Source of the DNA: Octopus sinensis
Taxonomy: Eukaryota
Length of the DNA stretch: 64,000 nt
NCBI RefSeq assembly: GCF_006345805.1
Contig: NC_043010.1
Location: 58,776,001 to 58,840,000 of the forward strand
Direction: 5' to 3'
This document shows, one piece after another, positions 36,832-49,679 of this stretch. The stretch's first letter is position 1. Each line of letters begins with the position of its first letter. Made by a program: the position numbers and the translations under genes. The notes under the pieces were generated by a model that worked only from the letters and a program-made list of their open reading frames with translations, was not told the DNA's origin and ran no database searches.

Positions 36832-37570
36832 CCACCACCAGTCATCAGCATCATCATCATCATCATCTTCCTTGTTCTCACCTTTGTCATTGTCATCTTC
36901 CCCATCACCTGAAACGGTTAACGCCGCCACTACCAACCAGTAGCACCACCACCACCACCCCTACCACCAGCATTTCCTTCATTATCATCAATCTGGCATT
37001 AAGGATGACAAGCAAAGAGATGTCAAAGATATTATCCTTTGAATAACGATAAAACATCACCAGCATCACCAACATACCCAATATCACTAATATCACTATC
37101 AACACCATCATCATCATCATCAACACCATCATCATCATCATCATCATCACCACCTCCAAGCATCTTCTAACATCTTATTGTTATCTTCATTGATATCAGC
37201 CATCCACCACCATCCTCATCATTACCACCATCCCACTGATAACAATACAAACAACACCAATAAATATTGCTAGTACCAACACCACCACCACCACCACCAC
37301 CATCGCTGCCACCACTAACCATCGCTGCACAGGCTACCACAACCACCATCGCAACATCACCAACAATAACAACAACAAAAACACTATTGCTACAATCAAC
37401 TACCACCACCACCAATAACAACACCATCATCACCACTACCAACAACAACAACAATAACAATATCATCACAAAATCCACCACCACCACCACCATCATCATC
37501 ATTGCCACTACCAGCAATACCATCACAACCACCACCAACAACCATCTCAACCATTACTATCAAAGTCAAA
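35720..37570. repeat. Mosaic trinucleotide low-complexity region
   Basis: (GGT/AGT)n-rich to about 36580, then (CAT/CCA/CAA)n-rich. Confidence 0.85.
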
Positions 37571-37748
37571 ATAATGACATCTCATGATGTTGTTTACTTG
37601 TCAATGGTATGGTTGTCAATATACCAGTGGTATGTCTGGTTTGAGTGAAGAATAGGTTACTCACAACATTTAGGCAACATCTACACACTGTGTCTGTCTA
37701 TCTAGTCAACATGTATATACATACATATATATACATAAATACACATAC

Positions 37749-37823
<75 letters not shown>

Positions 37824-38552
37824 CATATACTCTGTATATATTATACTGATATGGTGTGTGTATAATCAGTACCACTAATAAATCCTTACTTATTTATTGC
37901 TACCAAGGAACTTATATTAACTGTTATACATTTGTACTTCTCTCTCTCTCTCCCTCCCTCTGTCCATACCCCTCTTTTTCTCTCTCACTTGGGAAGAAAT
38001 TCATAAAAACAGTGCCATCTGGAGAGAATAACCTGACTCAGTGTAACAGTGAAGAACCACAGTCGTTCAAGGACCACCACAACATCAACACCACCACCAC
38101 CACACCACCACCATCGCTGCCACCACTAACCATCGCTGCACAGGCTACCACAACCACCATCGCAACATCACCAACAATAACAACAACAAAAACACTATTG
38201 CTACAATCAACTACCACCACCACCAATAACAACACCATCATCACCACTACCAACAACAACAACAATAACAATATCATCACAAAATCCACCACCACCACCA
38301 TCATCATCATTGCCACTACCAGCAATACCATCACAACCACCACCAACAACCATCTCAACCATTACTATCAAAGTCAAAATAATGACATCTCATGATGTTG
38401 TTTACTTGTCAATGGTATGGTTGTCAATATACCAGTGGTATGTCTGGTTTGAGTGAAGAATAGGTTACTCACAACATTTAGGCAACATCTACACACTGTG
38501 TCTGTCTATCTAGTCAACATGTATATACATACATATATATACATAAATACAC

Positions 38553-38625
<73 letters not shown>

Positions 38626-38914
38626 CATATACTCTGTATATATTATACTGATATGGTGTGTGTATAATCAGTACCACTAATAAATCCTTACTTATTTATT
38701 GCTACCAAGGAACTTATATTAAACTGTTATACATTTGTACTTCTCTCTCTCTCTCCCTCCCTCTGTCCATACCCCTCTTTTTCTCTCTCACTTGGGAAGA
38801 AATTCATAAAAAACAGTGCCATCTGGAGAGAATAACCTGACTCAGTGTAACAGTGAAGAACCACAGTCGTTCAAGGACCACCACAACATCAACCACCACC
38901 ACCACCACCACCAC
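37277..38914 (+). repeat. Tandem duplication, about 809-bp unit x2, junctions in (CCA)n
   Basis: ORF translations repeat at offset about 808. Confidence 0.9.
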
Positions 38915-39084
38915 TTCAGATGTGTGTGTGTGTGTGTGGGGGGGGATGATGGGATAGAAGTGAGCTGAGAGGAAATCTGAGTTTAAGAAAGATTCGGGGG
39001 GGGGGGGTTGTAGCAGAGGAAAGAAGACTGAGTTGTTTTACTTGAGTGAGATGGAGGAGGGTTATAGTAGAAGCACTCCAAGGA

Positions 39085-39230
39085 AATGAAACCTGCAGCC
39101 GAGGGATGCCAAGGAAGACTTGGGACACAGAGGTGAGGGATGACGTGAAGATGCTGCCTCACATTGAGGAGATGGCAAAGGACCTTCTTCACTGGTGATG
39201 CTGCAGAAGACCTAACCTCTCCATTGTAAA
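39085..39230 (+). mobile_element. RTE-clade LINE 3' ORF remnant
   Basis: ETCSRGMPRKTWDTEVRDDVKML matches the GRGRPRKTW motif of the other RTE copies. Confidence 0.5.
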
Positions 39231-40126
39231 CCACCCTCACAAACTAAGTGTTTGGAGGATGACATATTTTGTGCCCTGCCAAGGGTACAAATTACATCCT
39301 GGTACTTCGTTTCACCTTACATCACTTGCTTCTCCCACCCTGTCCATCACCCTATTGTTCACATCCTACCACCATCCTTTAAATTATTTCCCTCTTCCCC
39401 CATTCACAACATTCTGTTTCCCATCTCTCATTTCCACCACCCACCCAGTGCTAACCACCCTAACACCCCTCCCTCATCCATTCATTAGCCCCATGTTTAA
39501 GGGATGGTATTGGTCTACCCTTACCTCTCTACACATTACACTCTAACTTTGCCCTTCTCTACAACCTGTCACCCCCCCCGTCATCGATGGGGGTGGGGGA
39601 ATTTCAACTTTACTTTTATCCCTTCACCCCCCACTTTCATTTTGTTCATTTCTGTTGTCATTAATCCCTTTCTACCCAACTTCACCCCAAATACCCCTAC
39701 AGTTTACATCATACCACTGTTCTTTTCTTCAACCCAGCCATTCCACCCCTTCAGATTTAGGGTGGATGCCTTGACTCGCCCAAGCCAATGTACCACCCCA
39801 GATTATTGAGTCCTCTTGGCACTTACACATTTCTGGCCATGCTGCTGCCACTGCCCCACTCCTGTTCCCCTCCTTGGTCTATATGCCATAGCTCTCTAAG
39901 CAACCCCTACATTACCAACAATACAACACCCCGCCACACCCCACCCCTCTTGTGGTGCTTCAATGGAAGATGAACAAATCACAGACCTTCATGAGTGACT
40001 GAGACACTTTTACACCAGTAACCATTGTAAAGGGGTTCGTTAATGAATAGAGAAGGTAAAGGGTTATGAGATCCCTTAATTCAAACTCTCTAGCATCGGT
40101 GCCATGAGAAAATGCACCATGAACCC

Positions 40127-40379
40127 CAGTGTTTATCAGCAAGTTTTCACCTATGGACCCTTTGATTTTTATTTTACTCTTCTGGACCCTATTATCCATT
40201 CAATATTATTAAAAAAATACCCCTTTAAATATATTTATAATTAAATATTATTAAGAATTTATTTAAAAATTGTTAAAATAATTTCTGCATTGTTATAACA
40301 AGTTATTGCAGATGACTTTTATCAGAAAACTCTAATATGGTCCCTTAAGGGCAGTATTGATCCCAGTTGAGAAGCACTG
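40127..40379. mobile_element. hAT (Charlie-like) MITE, second copy
   Basis: CAGTGTTTATCAGC ... GTTGAGAAGCACTG ends; no TSD seen. Confidence 0.5.
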
Positions 40380-40799
40380 CTGTACACTCTGTTAAGTGTT
40401 TGGCAGTAAAAAGGGCATCCTGTTATAGAAACCAAGCCAAATGACCTTCACCAGTATTTGGCAGTAGGAAACTCCGAACAGGAAATGGCTTTGATTGTGA
40501 TGACCTGTCCAAGAGATGCTAACATAGAGGATGGAAATTGATGATGACGATGGTAATGCTGGCAGTGATAACAGTGACCAGCATCAGCAGTTTTTGGTGC
40601 CAATTTTTCCTTGCTTGGCTCAGACAGAGTTTCTTCAGCCACACACCATTTCTGTTGCCAAACACCACCTGTTTCCGAATAAGCTATGATTTCTCCATTG
40701 AGATGGTTTCATAGGATATTAGAAGTGAAAGGCACCAACTGTATGGCACCATGGCACTGTGGCACTCGTTTATAACAGTCAGGTGATGTCAAGGCAACA

Positions 40800-41040
40800 A
40801 TACACAAACAGATACACACACAAATACACACATACACATATACAAATACACATGCATGCATATATACACACACACACACATACAATGAGCTTTTTCCAGT
40901 TTCAGACTACCAAATCCACTCACAAAGTCAAGGTCTGCTCAAGGCTATAATAAAGTACACCTGCCCATGGTGCCGGGCTGTGGGATTGAACCTGAAGCCA
41001 TGTTGGGAAGCAAACTTCTTAATCACACATCCACACCTGT
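40800..41040 (-). mobile_element. SINE family S2, 5' half
   Basis: CTACCAAATCCACTCACAAAG and GGGATTGAACC on the plus strand. Confidence 0.6.
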
Positions 41041-41130
41041 ACCTATGGTGATCATACATACATACATACATACATATTTATATGTGTGTGTGTGTGTATG
41101 TATATACATATATTTAAATATACGTGAGCA

Positions 41131-41297
41131 AGTCAATCAGATTGACCCTAGTATGCAACTGGTATTTAATTCATCAACCCTGAAAGGATGAAAGGCAAAG
41201 TCAACCTCAGTGGAATTTGAACTCAGAACATAAAGACTGACAAAATAGCGCTAAGCATCACACCCGGTGTGCTAACAACTCTGCCAGCTCAAAGCCT
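41131..41297 (-). mobile_element. SINE family S1
   Basis: GAAAGGATGAAAGGCAAAGTCAACCTCAGTGGAATTTGAACTCAG on the plus strand. Confidence 0.75.
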
Positions 41298-41684
41298 TTT
41301 ATAGTTTATAATATTATCAGTGGTTTAGCATGCATAAACGAAAAATTATAACAGTATAAATTGTCAATTAATAATTAAGGGTACTAACAGGCAGTACCAG
41401 CATGCTAAATATAGCAGTCGAAATAACCAAACCACAAGTTTTCACTTAAAGGTGAAAGCAGGCAAATGAATAAAAACCCAAAAAACCTTGTGGTTTGGTA
41501 ATTTTGACTGCTATGTTTAGCATGCTGGTACTACCTGTTAGTACCTTATATGTGTATATATATACACACACACACACACATACACAGAGAGACAGACAGA
41601 TAGATAGATAGACAGATAAATAAACATATATGTGTGTATCTATATATATATATATATATATATGATGATGATATATATATATAT

Positions 41685-41717
<33 letters not shown>

Positions 41718-41864
41718 TAGATAGATAAACAGACAGATAAATAAACATATCTATCTATATATATATATAGTTGTGTGTGTGTGTGCATGTACCTGTAAAT
41801 GTGTGTTATCATGAAAATGATTAAAGAACAGAATTACATAATCACTTTTACTTATTTACATGAA

Positions 41865-41944
41865 GCTCTGATGAGGCTGTGAGATGTTATAATGTCACTC
41901 ACCTTTAGGTCATATTTTATTTCATACGAGAAACTATTGTAAGC
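41865..41944 (+). ncRNA. Hammerhead-like motif (intact core, defective stem II base)
   Basis: GCT-CTGATGA-GGCTGTGAG..CTCAC..-GAAAC TATT GTA-AGC; flanked by an imperfect inverted repeat (41824-41845 / 41954-41977). Confidence 0.4.
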
Positions 41945-42149
41945 CAATGAATGTGATTACATAACACCTGTTCTTTTGCCATTTATTAATTTTATATTAT
42001 GCTCTGTATTTATTTCCTGGTTCTTACAGGAATCCAGAGCTGAGGACATTAAAGAATTCATTCTACCTTTTGCTGCCAGAGCAGAGAAATACCATATATT
42101 ATAAATAAAGAGAGTTCTTACAACTTGGTATTCGTCCTGCTATGGCTAA

Positions 42150-42692
<543 letters not shown>

Positions 42693-42960
42693 ATACAAAA
42701 TTAAGAGGAATGACCACTAAAGTGGACACCTAATATGCTAAACATAGACATCAAATCACCATTACTACAAAGAATGTTTTTCTCTTGAGAACACTTCTTC
42801 GTGGCAATGGTGATTTGATGTCTATGTTTAGCATATTAGGTGTCCACTTTAGTGGTCATTCCTCTTAATTTTGTATGTAACACAATTTTTAATCTTCGGA
42901 TTTTTTAAATATGCTAATCCACTGGTTTTAATTGATGAATATCAATTTCTACCCTTATTA
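42693..42960. repeat. Fold-back element B (about 90-bp arms, 2-nt loop)
   Basis: 42693-42784 is approximately the reverse complement of 42787-42876; the right side continues about 85 nt before (TA)n. Confidence 0.8.
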
Positions 42961-43057
42961 TTTAATTTATATATTTATACATATATATATTGATATATAT
43001 CTAAATGTGTATATATATATATATACATTAGAAGGTTTGGAGATGATGTACAGATAT

Positions 43058-43338
43058 TATATCTTAGAAGAAATGAGGTACTCAGAAATCCGGATGGTTT
43101 TATATTTACAGATATTTATTTGTATGTTACATGTTTTTATAAATCATATATCATATATTAGAGCTTTTGTCCTTTCTGGTGGAGTCTTCAATTGAACCGT
43201 TCAATTTGAAGACTCCACTAGAAAGGACAAAAGCTCTAATATATGATATATGATTTATAAAAACATGTAACATACAAATAAATATCTGTAAATATAAAAC
43301 CATCCGGATTTCTGAGTACCTCATTTCTTCTAAGATAT
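43058..43338. repeat. Fold-back element C (about 140-bp arms, 1-nt centre)
   Basis: TATATCTTAGAAG...TTGAAC C GTTCAA...CTTCTAAGATATA; right arm has TTGAAGA..GGAC AAAA GCTC TA, a possible decayed hammerhead. Confidence 0.8.
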
Positions 43339-43382
<44 letters not shown>

Positions 43383-43542
43383 ATATATATATATATAGAT
43401 ATATATATATATATGTATATATATATGTGTGTGTGTGTACAAATATATAAGCATATATATGTCTATATATTTATATTTATATATATATGTATGTGTGTCT
43501 TTGTATATATATACCATATATATATACATACATATATATATT

Positions 43543-44528
43543 TCATCATCATCATTATCCTTTAACATCCGCTGTCCATGCTGCGTTGAACAGTTTGACC
43601 AATGCTGGCAAGCAGGAAGGCTGCACCAGACTCCAGTCTGATTTGGCATGGTTTCTATGACTAGATACCCTTCTTAACACCAACCACTCTGAGAATGTAA
43701 TGGGTACCTTTACGTGCCACCAGCACAGGTGCCATTTGCGTGACACCAGTATCTGCCACAACTGTGATCTTGCTCAGCTTGGTGGGTCTCCTTAAGCATG
43801 ACATAATGCCAAAGGTCTCAGTCATTGCCTCCCTAAGGCCCAACACGCAAAAGGAGCTTTTCACATGCCATTAGCATTGGCCACTTTGCTTCCTCGAGGC
43901 CCATTGCTCGAAAGGTGCTTGGTATGTGCCAGTTATGTGACACAAGCATCAGCCACGACTACAATTTCACTTGGTTTGACAGATCTTCTCAAGCACAGTG
44001 TATTGCCAAAGGTCTCGGTCACTAGTCATTGTCTCTGTGAGGCCCAACGTTCGAAGATCAGGTTTCACCACCTTGTCCCATGTCTTCCTGGGTCTGCCTC
44101 TACCACAGTTAGAGATTGACCCTTCTTTACACAGCTGTCCTTGTTTATATACATCACATGACCATACTGGTGCAGTTTTCTCTCTTGCACACCACATCTG
44201 ATGCCCCTTATGCCCAACTTTATCTCAAGATGCTTTCACTCTGTCACGGATGCACACTGACATTGCACATCCAGTGAAGCATACCATCTTCATTTCTTTC
44301 AAGCCTGTGCATGCCCTTGGCTGTCACAGTCCATGATTCACTGCTGTATAGCATAGCTGTTTGCACACAGGCATCATACAGTCTGCCTTTCACTCTGAGA
44401 GAGAGGCCCCTTTGCCCAGCCTATTCTTATTCTCATCTCTCAGAGCATCCACCTCTGCTACTAACTTGGTCACCTAGATAACAGAAGCTATCTACTACTG
44501 GCTTGTTCCCTGGGCAGTTGATGGAGTA
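43543..44528 (-). mobile_element. RTE-clade LINE 3' fragment
   Basis: VVDSFCYLGDQVSSRGGCSE..LSLRVKGRLYDACVQTAMLYSSESW..GRGRPRKTWDKVVKPDLRTL; (GAT)n tail. Confidence 0.85.
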
Positions 44529-44777
44529 TATATTCTGTATATTTTCATTGTTTATTGTACCTGTGCATCTTCCACACACAAATGTTATACATATATAAAA
44601 GCTATTACATATGTTATATTTTCTGTTTTTCTGTTTTTCTGTTTTTCCAGTTTCAGCTCTTGAGCTGTGGCCATGCTGGGGCACCGCCATTGTGGTGAAA
44701 GAGTACAGCAGATCACTGATAGCTTTTATAGCTATCACAAACGCCCATATATAGCGAGTCCGCTATAACCATAGGCC

Positions 44778-44838
<61 letters not shown>

Positions 44839-44953
44839 GTGTGTGTGTGTACAAATATATAAGCATATATATGTCTATATATTTATATTTATATATATAT
44901 GTATGTGTGTCTTTGTATATATATACCATATATATATACATACATATATATAT

Positions 44954-45940
44954 TTCATCATCATCATTATCCTTAACATCCGCTGTCCATGCTGCGTTGA
45001 ACAGTTTGACCAATGCTGGCAAGCAGGAAGGCTGCACCAGACTCCAGTCTGATTTGGCATGGTTTCTATGACTAGATACCCTTCTTAAGACCAACCACTC
45101 TGAGAATGTAATGGGTACCTTTACGTGCCACCAGCACAGGTGCCATTTGCGTGACACCAGTATCTGCCACAACTGTGATTTTGCTCAGCTTGGTGGGTCT
45201 CCTTAAGCATGACATAATGCCAAAGGTCTCAGTCATTGCCTCCCTAAGGCCCAACACGCAAAAGGAGCTTTTCACATGCCATTAGCATTGGCCACTTTGC
45301 TTCCTCGAGGCCCATTGCTCGAAAGGTGCTTGGTATGTGCCAGTTATGTGACACAAGCATCAGCCACGACTACAATTTCACTTGGTTTGACAGATCTTCT
45401 CAAGCACAGTGTATTGCCAAAGGTCTCGGTCACTAGTCATTGCCTCTGTGAGGCCCAAAGTTCGAAGATCAGGTTTCACCACCTTGTCCCATGTCTTCCT
45501 GGGTCTGCCTCTACCACAGTTAGAGATTGACCCTTCTTTACACAGCTGTCCTTGTTTATATACATCACATGACCATACTGGTGCAGTTTTCTCTCTTGCA
45601 CACCACATCTGATGCCCCTTATGCCCAACTTTATCTCAAGATGCTTTCACTCTGTCACGGATGCACACTGACATTGCACATCCAGTGAAGCATACCATCT
45701 TCATTTCTTTCAAGCCTGTGCATGCCCTTGGCTGTCACAGTCCATGATTCACTGCTGTATAGCATAGCTGTTTGCACACAGGCATCATACAGTCTGCCTT
45801 TCACTCTGAGAGAGAGGCCCCTTTGCCCAGCCTATTCTTATTCTCATCTCTCAGAGCATCCACCTCTGCTACTAACTTGGTCACCTAGATAACAGAAGCT
45901 ATCTACTACCTCTGGCTTGTTCCCTGGGCAGTTGATGGAG
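44954..45940 (-). mobile_element. RTE-clade LINE 3' fragment (duplicate copy)
   Basis: Near-identical to 43543-44528. Confidence 0.85.
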
Positions 45941-46061
45941 TATATATTCTGTATATTTTCATTGTTTATTGTACCTGTGCATCTTCCACACACAAATGTT
46001 ATACATATATAAAAGCTATATACATATAGCTATATATATAATATATCTGTTTTCGTTTTCG

Positions 46062-46269
46062 TTTTCCAGTTTCAGCTCTTGAGCTGTGGCCATGCTGGGG
46101 CACCGCCATTGTGGTGAAAGAGTACAGCAGGGATCACCACCCCCTGCCGGAGCCTCGTAGAGCTTTTAGTGTTTCGCTCAATTAAACACACACAACGCCC
46201 AGTCTGAGAATCGAAACCGCGATCCTGCGACCGCGAGTCCGCTGCCCTAACCACTAGGCCATTGCGCCA
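46062..46269 (-). mobile_element. Chimeric SINE: S3 head joined to an S2-type tail
   Basis: 46269-46111 matches the S3 head and body; 46110-46062 reads GGCGGTGCCCCAGCATGGCCACAGC, like the S2 3' end. Confidence 0.6.
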
Positions 46270-46275
46270 TATATA

Positions 46276-46313
<38 letters not shown>

Positions 46314-46416
46314 TATATATATGTATATAGCGTTGGATATTCCATTCCTCATGGCTTGTTCACTCTAACCCTTTCAATTGCATATATATATATATATATG
46401 TATTTTCCTGCATTTA

Positions 46417-46642
46417 TTCTTTTATTTGTTTCAGTCATTTGACTGTGGCCATGCTGGAGCACCACCTTTAGTTGAGCAAATTAACCCCAGGACTTATTCT
46501 TTGTAAGCCTAGTACTTATTCTATTGGTCTCTTTTTGCCGAACCCCTAAGTTACAGGGACGTAAACACACCAGCATCTGTTGTCAAGCAATGTTGATCAG
46601 GGGAACAAACACACACACATATGTGTGTATGTGTATATATAT

Positions 46643-46680
<38 letters not shown>

Positions 46681-46853
46681 ATATATATATATATACACAA
46701 CAGGCTTCTTTCAGTTTCCATCTACCAAATCCACTCACAAGGCTTTGGTTGGCCCGAGGCAATAGTAGAAGACACTTGCCTGTGGTACCACACAGTGGGA
46801 CTGAACCCGAACTATGTGGTTGGTAAGCAAGCCACTTATCACACACCCACTCC
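46417..46853 (-). mobile_element. SINE family S2, full length with internal microsatellite
   Basis: Head GGAGTGGGTGTGTGATAAGTGGC, B box GGGTTCAGTCCC, internal (TA)/(GAT) tract, 3' end GACTGAAACAAATAAAAG. Confidence 0.85.
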
Positions 46854-46873
46854 TGCATGTATGTGTATATATG

Positions 46874-46968
<95 letters not shown>

Positions 46969-47256
46969 GTAATACCTTGACTATCATGGGTGTGACATTC
47001 CAAAACACTCATGATAGGTGAAAATCTGCAAAGTAGAAACAGTTCTGTACTGTATATTTATTATTATTATTATTTTTATAATTTGTATATATTTATTTGA
47101 TTATAATTGCAAAACAACACCAGGGAGGAACTGACGTAAGCTTAAATAATGAACAATGGTAGGTGAACCGTGATATGGCAACGGATTACTCTATTTATAT
47201 ATGTATACATATATATATGTATACACACACACAAACACATGTGTGTGTGTGTGGAA

Positions 47257-47485
47257 GAGGCTGATAGAATATTGGCAGAGTCAGTAGAGCACCTAGCAAA
47301 ATGTCTTGTGGGATTTATTCAAGCTTTTTACAATCTGAGATCAAATTTCAGTGAGGTCGTCTTTGTCCCTAATTTTCCCAGCGTTAATAAATTAAAATAC
47401 CAATCAAGTACTGAGATCGATTTAATCAATTAACCCCTCCCCTTCCACCAAAATCTCAAGCTTTGTGTGATGTTAGAAACAAGTC
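47257..47485 (+). mobile_element. SINE family S1 (old copy)
   Basis: Diverged head, GAGATCAAATTTC B box, AAGTACTGAGATCGATTTAATC. Confidence 0.55.
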
Positions 47486-48331
47486 ATTATTTTATTATTG
47501 TCATTTTGCTGAATACTGTGTCATTGGATGTTCTTGTGTAATATTCCTTACTGTACAACTGGATACCAGTAATAACCCCTGAAGGACACAGTCAAGTGTA
47601 GTTAAGTGCCAAAAGTGATAGGAGGGAGAATGTATGTTACCCTCAGAGCAGAGAGACCTGTCTTGAATCCTTACCACAGAGGTACTTCATGAAAGGTACC
47701 CAATGAGCAGGTGTTGATGTTAAACCAATCAATGTGTTGAGTCTGTCACACAACAACAACAGCAACAACACCCTGACACATTGCCACTTTATAAAGCCAT
47801 CTCTGAATTTCTTTGGATTTTTTCTTCTCATTTCTCATTCACAGCCTTCCTATCATGTTTGAGAAAACCAGAGGTAAAAGACCCCATATTTTAGTTATCC
47901 CCTCGCCTGCCAATATTAGGGACCAGACGCTAACATTCTTCGTCTGATGAAGCCAAACTAAATTTTTCTCACAAGAATTGGTCAACCAATGCTATGGTAG
48001 AATATAGTCACCTCAAGTACCTTGCTGTGAGATTGAATCAATAATTCTGTACTTTTAAATTTCTCAATCCCATGGTCACTCCATTAGACACCCAGAGGTC
48101 AGCAAAATGTTTGCATAGAATTTGGTCCTCCTCACACAAGTCTACACTGGATTTTATACAATGAATTCCAGAAAGGAACATCTTTGAAAGAGTCTCTATG
48201 GAACTGCTCAATTTGCTAAAAATGGTAGTCAAATATTCCTCAAGTGTATTGTTTTAAAAATGAGGATGTATCAGATAATATGAATCCAGATACATTTTAT
48301 GTGGAAATAGACTGGATGGCCACAGCTGGAA

Positions 48332-48440
48332 TGGCTTGTTTATGGGTTTGATGAAAATTAAGCAAGTGTTACCCATCATCAACAAAGTATCTGCTGAAAC
48401 TGAAAGAATCTTTTAAGATGGTTCTGTAGAATATCTTTTG
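48332..48440 (+). mobile_element. Old RTE-like ORF remnant
   Basis: LVYGFDEN*ASVTHHQQSIC*N*KNLLRWFCRISF loosely parallels LYGSETW..MLRWMC. Confidence 0.3.
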
Positions 48441-48821
48441 GAAATTCTACATGTAAAGTACAGAAAATGCATGGCACAAAATGTATGCGGGATTGGGAAC
48501 AAAATTTAGAAAGAAATAGGAGATTCTATAGAATCCCAGAAAATTTACCCATTTCCATGAAAATAAAAAAAATACGAAGTTTAACCCCAAACCTCATGTA
48601 ATTCCAACTTATGATGTAACACAAACCAAATACCACAGACACTCTACGCATGATAATGAATCCCATTTCAGTTCCACCCAAACTCTACAGATTATTCTAA
48701 CCAATTTTAAACATTATCCAATTCCACTCAAACACTCCCACAAACCCAATAAAACCTACATTCAACAATACCTCATTCTATAGAAAAACATTTAAAAACT
48801 TATTTAAATTTCCTTAAAAAT

Positions 48822-49100
48822 AAAACAATTGCAGCGTGGAAGGCGTTTATAAGCTATTTAAGAAACACACAAAAACTGTTAGATTCACTTTAACATGTAA
48901 ATTTCATTTGTCAAAATATTTTCGTCGCTTTGAGACTGCGACCTGTTCACTGACAAAATTCTGTGCTGCATCTCAGTGAACTGGTCACGGTCTCAAAGCA
49001 ACGAAGATATTTTGACAAATTAAATTTAAATGTTAAAGTGAATTTAACAGTTTTTGCATGTTTTTAAATGGCTTATAAACACCTACGCTGCACTTGTTTT
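48822..49100. mobile_element. Fold-back element D (about 130-bp arms, 20-nt spacer) with hammerhead-like topology
   Basis: 48822-48952 is approximately the reverse complement of 48973-49100. Minus strand 48957-48907: TTTGTCA-GTGAACAG-GTCGC..GCGAC-GAAA-ATAT-TT-TGACAAA. Confidence 0.7.
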
Positions 49101-49679
49101 TGTTTCAGCACACAATCTCAGATCAGGTCACTTGCTATGTAAGTACATCTCCATAATAAAAAATAAATCAAATTATTTTTAGCATGTATACCAGAGAAAT
49201 TATAGGAATTCCTTACTCAGTACCCACACTAAACTCCACTCAACCCCTGTACTAAACCCCACTTAGTATCATTACTAAAATCCACTCAACACTTTCTCTA
49301 AACTCAAAATAAATCACTGTAAACAAACCCACATTAAAATATGTTTGAGGCCGACTCAGTGGGAAATTGTCCAATTCTGAAAATAGTGGGAGGGGCCAAG
49401 ATATTGTAGTAAGGCATCAACAAAATGTAGTAAAAGCCACAGTGTAATGTTGTGAGGGCCCCACAAACCATTCCTGGTTTCTCTCCCAGCCCCTTCTAAT
49501 CCTCCCCCACCCCCACCACACCTTCCTTCTCCCTCTCTTTTCTGTTCGAAGAATTTCTTCACTTTTTACAAAATTACTATTTTACAAATTCATATTGACA
49601 AACTCTTTTCAATACTGCTGTTGTTGTTGTTATTGTTGTTGTCTGTTTTTATCAACAGAATATCAGGGGAGTGGGTGTA

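Larger units (their letters stand above)
43340..46270 (+). repeat. Tandem duplication, about 1411-bp unit x2, junctions in (TA)n
   Basis: ORF translations repeat at offset 1411; the end of unit 1 (44701-44780) is a multiply deleted version of the end of unit 2. Confidence 0.85.

Noticed and set aside
47944-48012. Hammerhead at CTGATGAAGCC
   Set aside because: There is no GAAA at the required position (GAAT instead) and no stem I.
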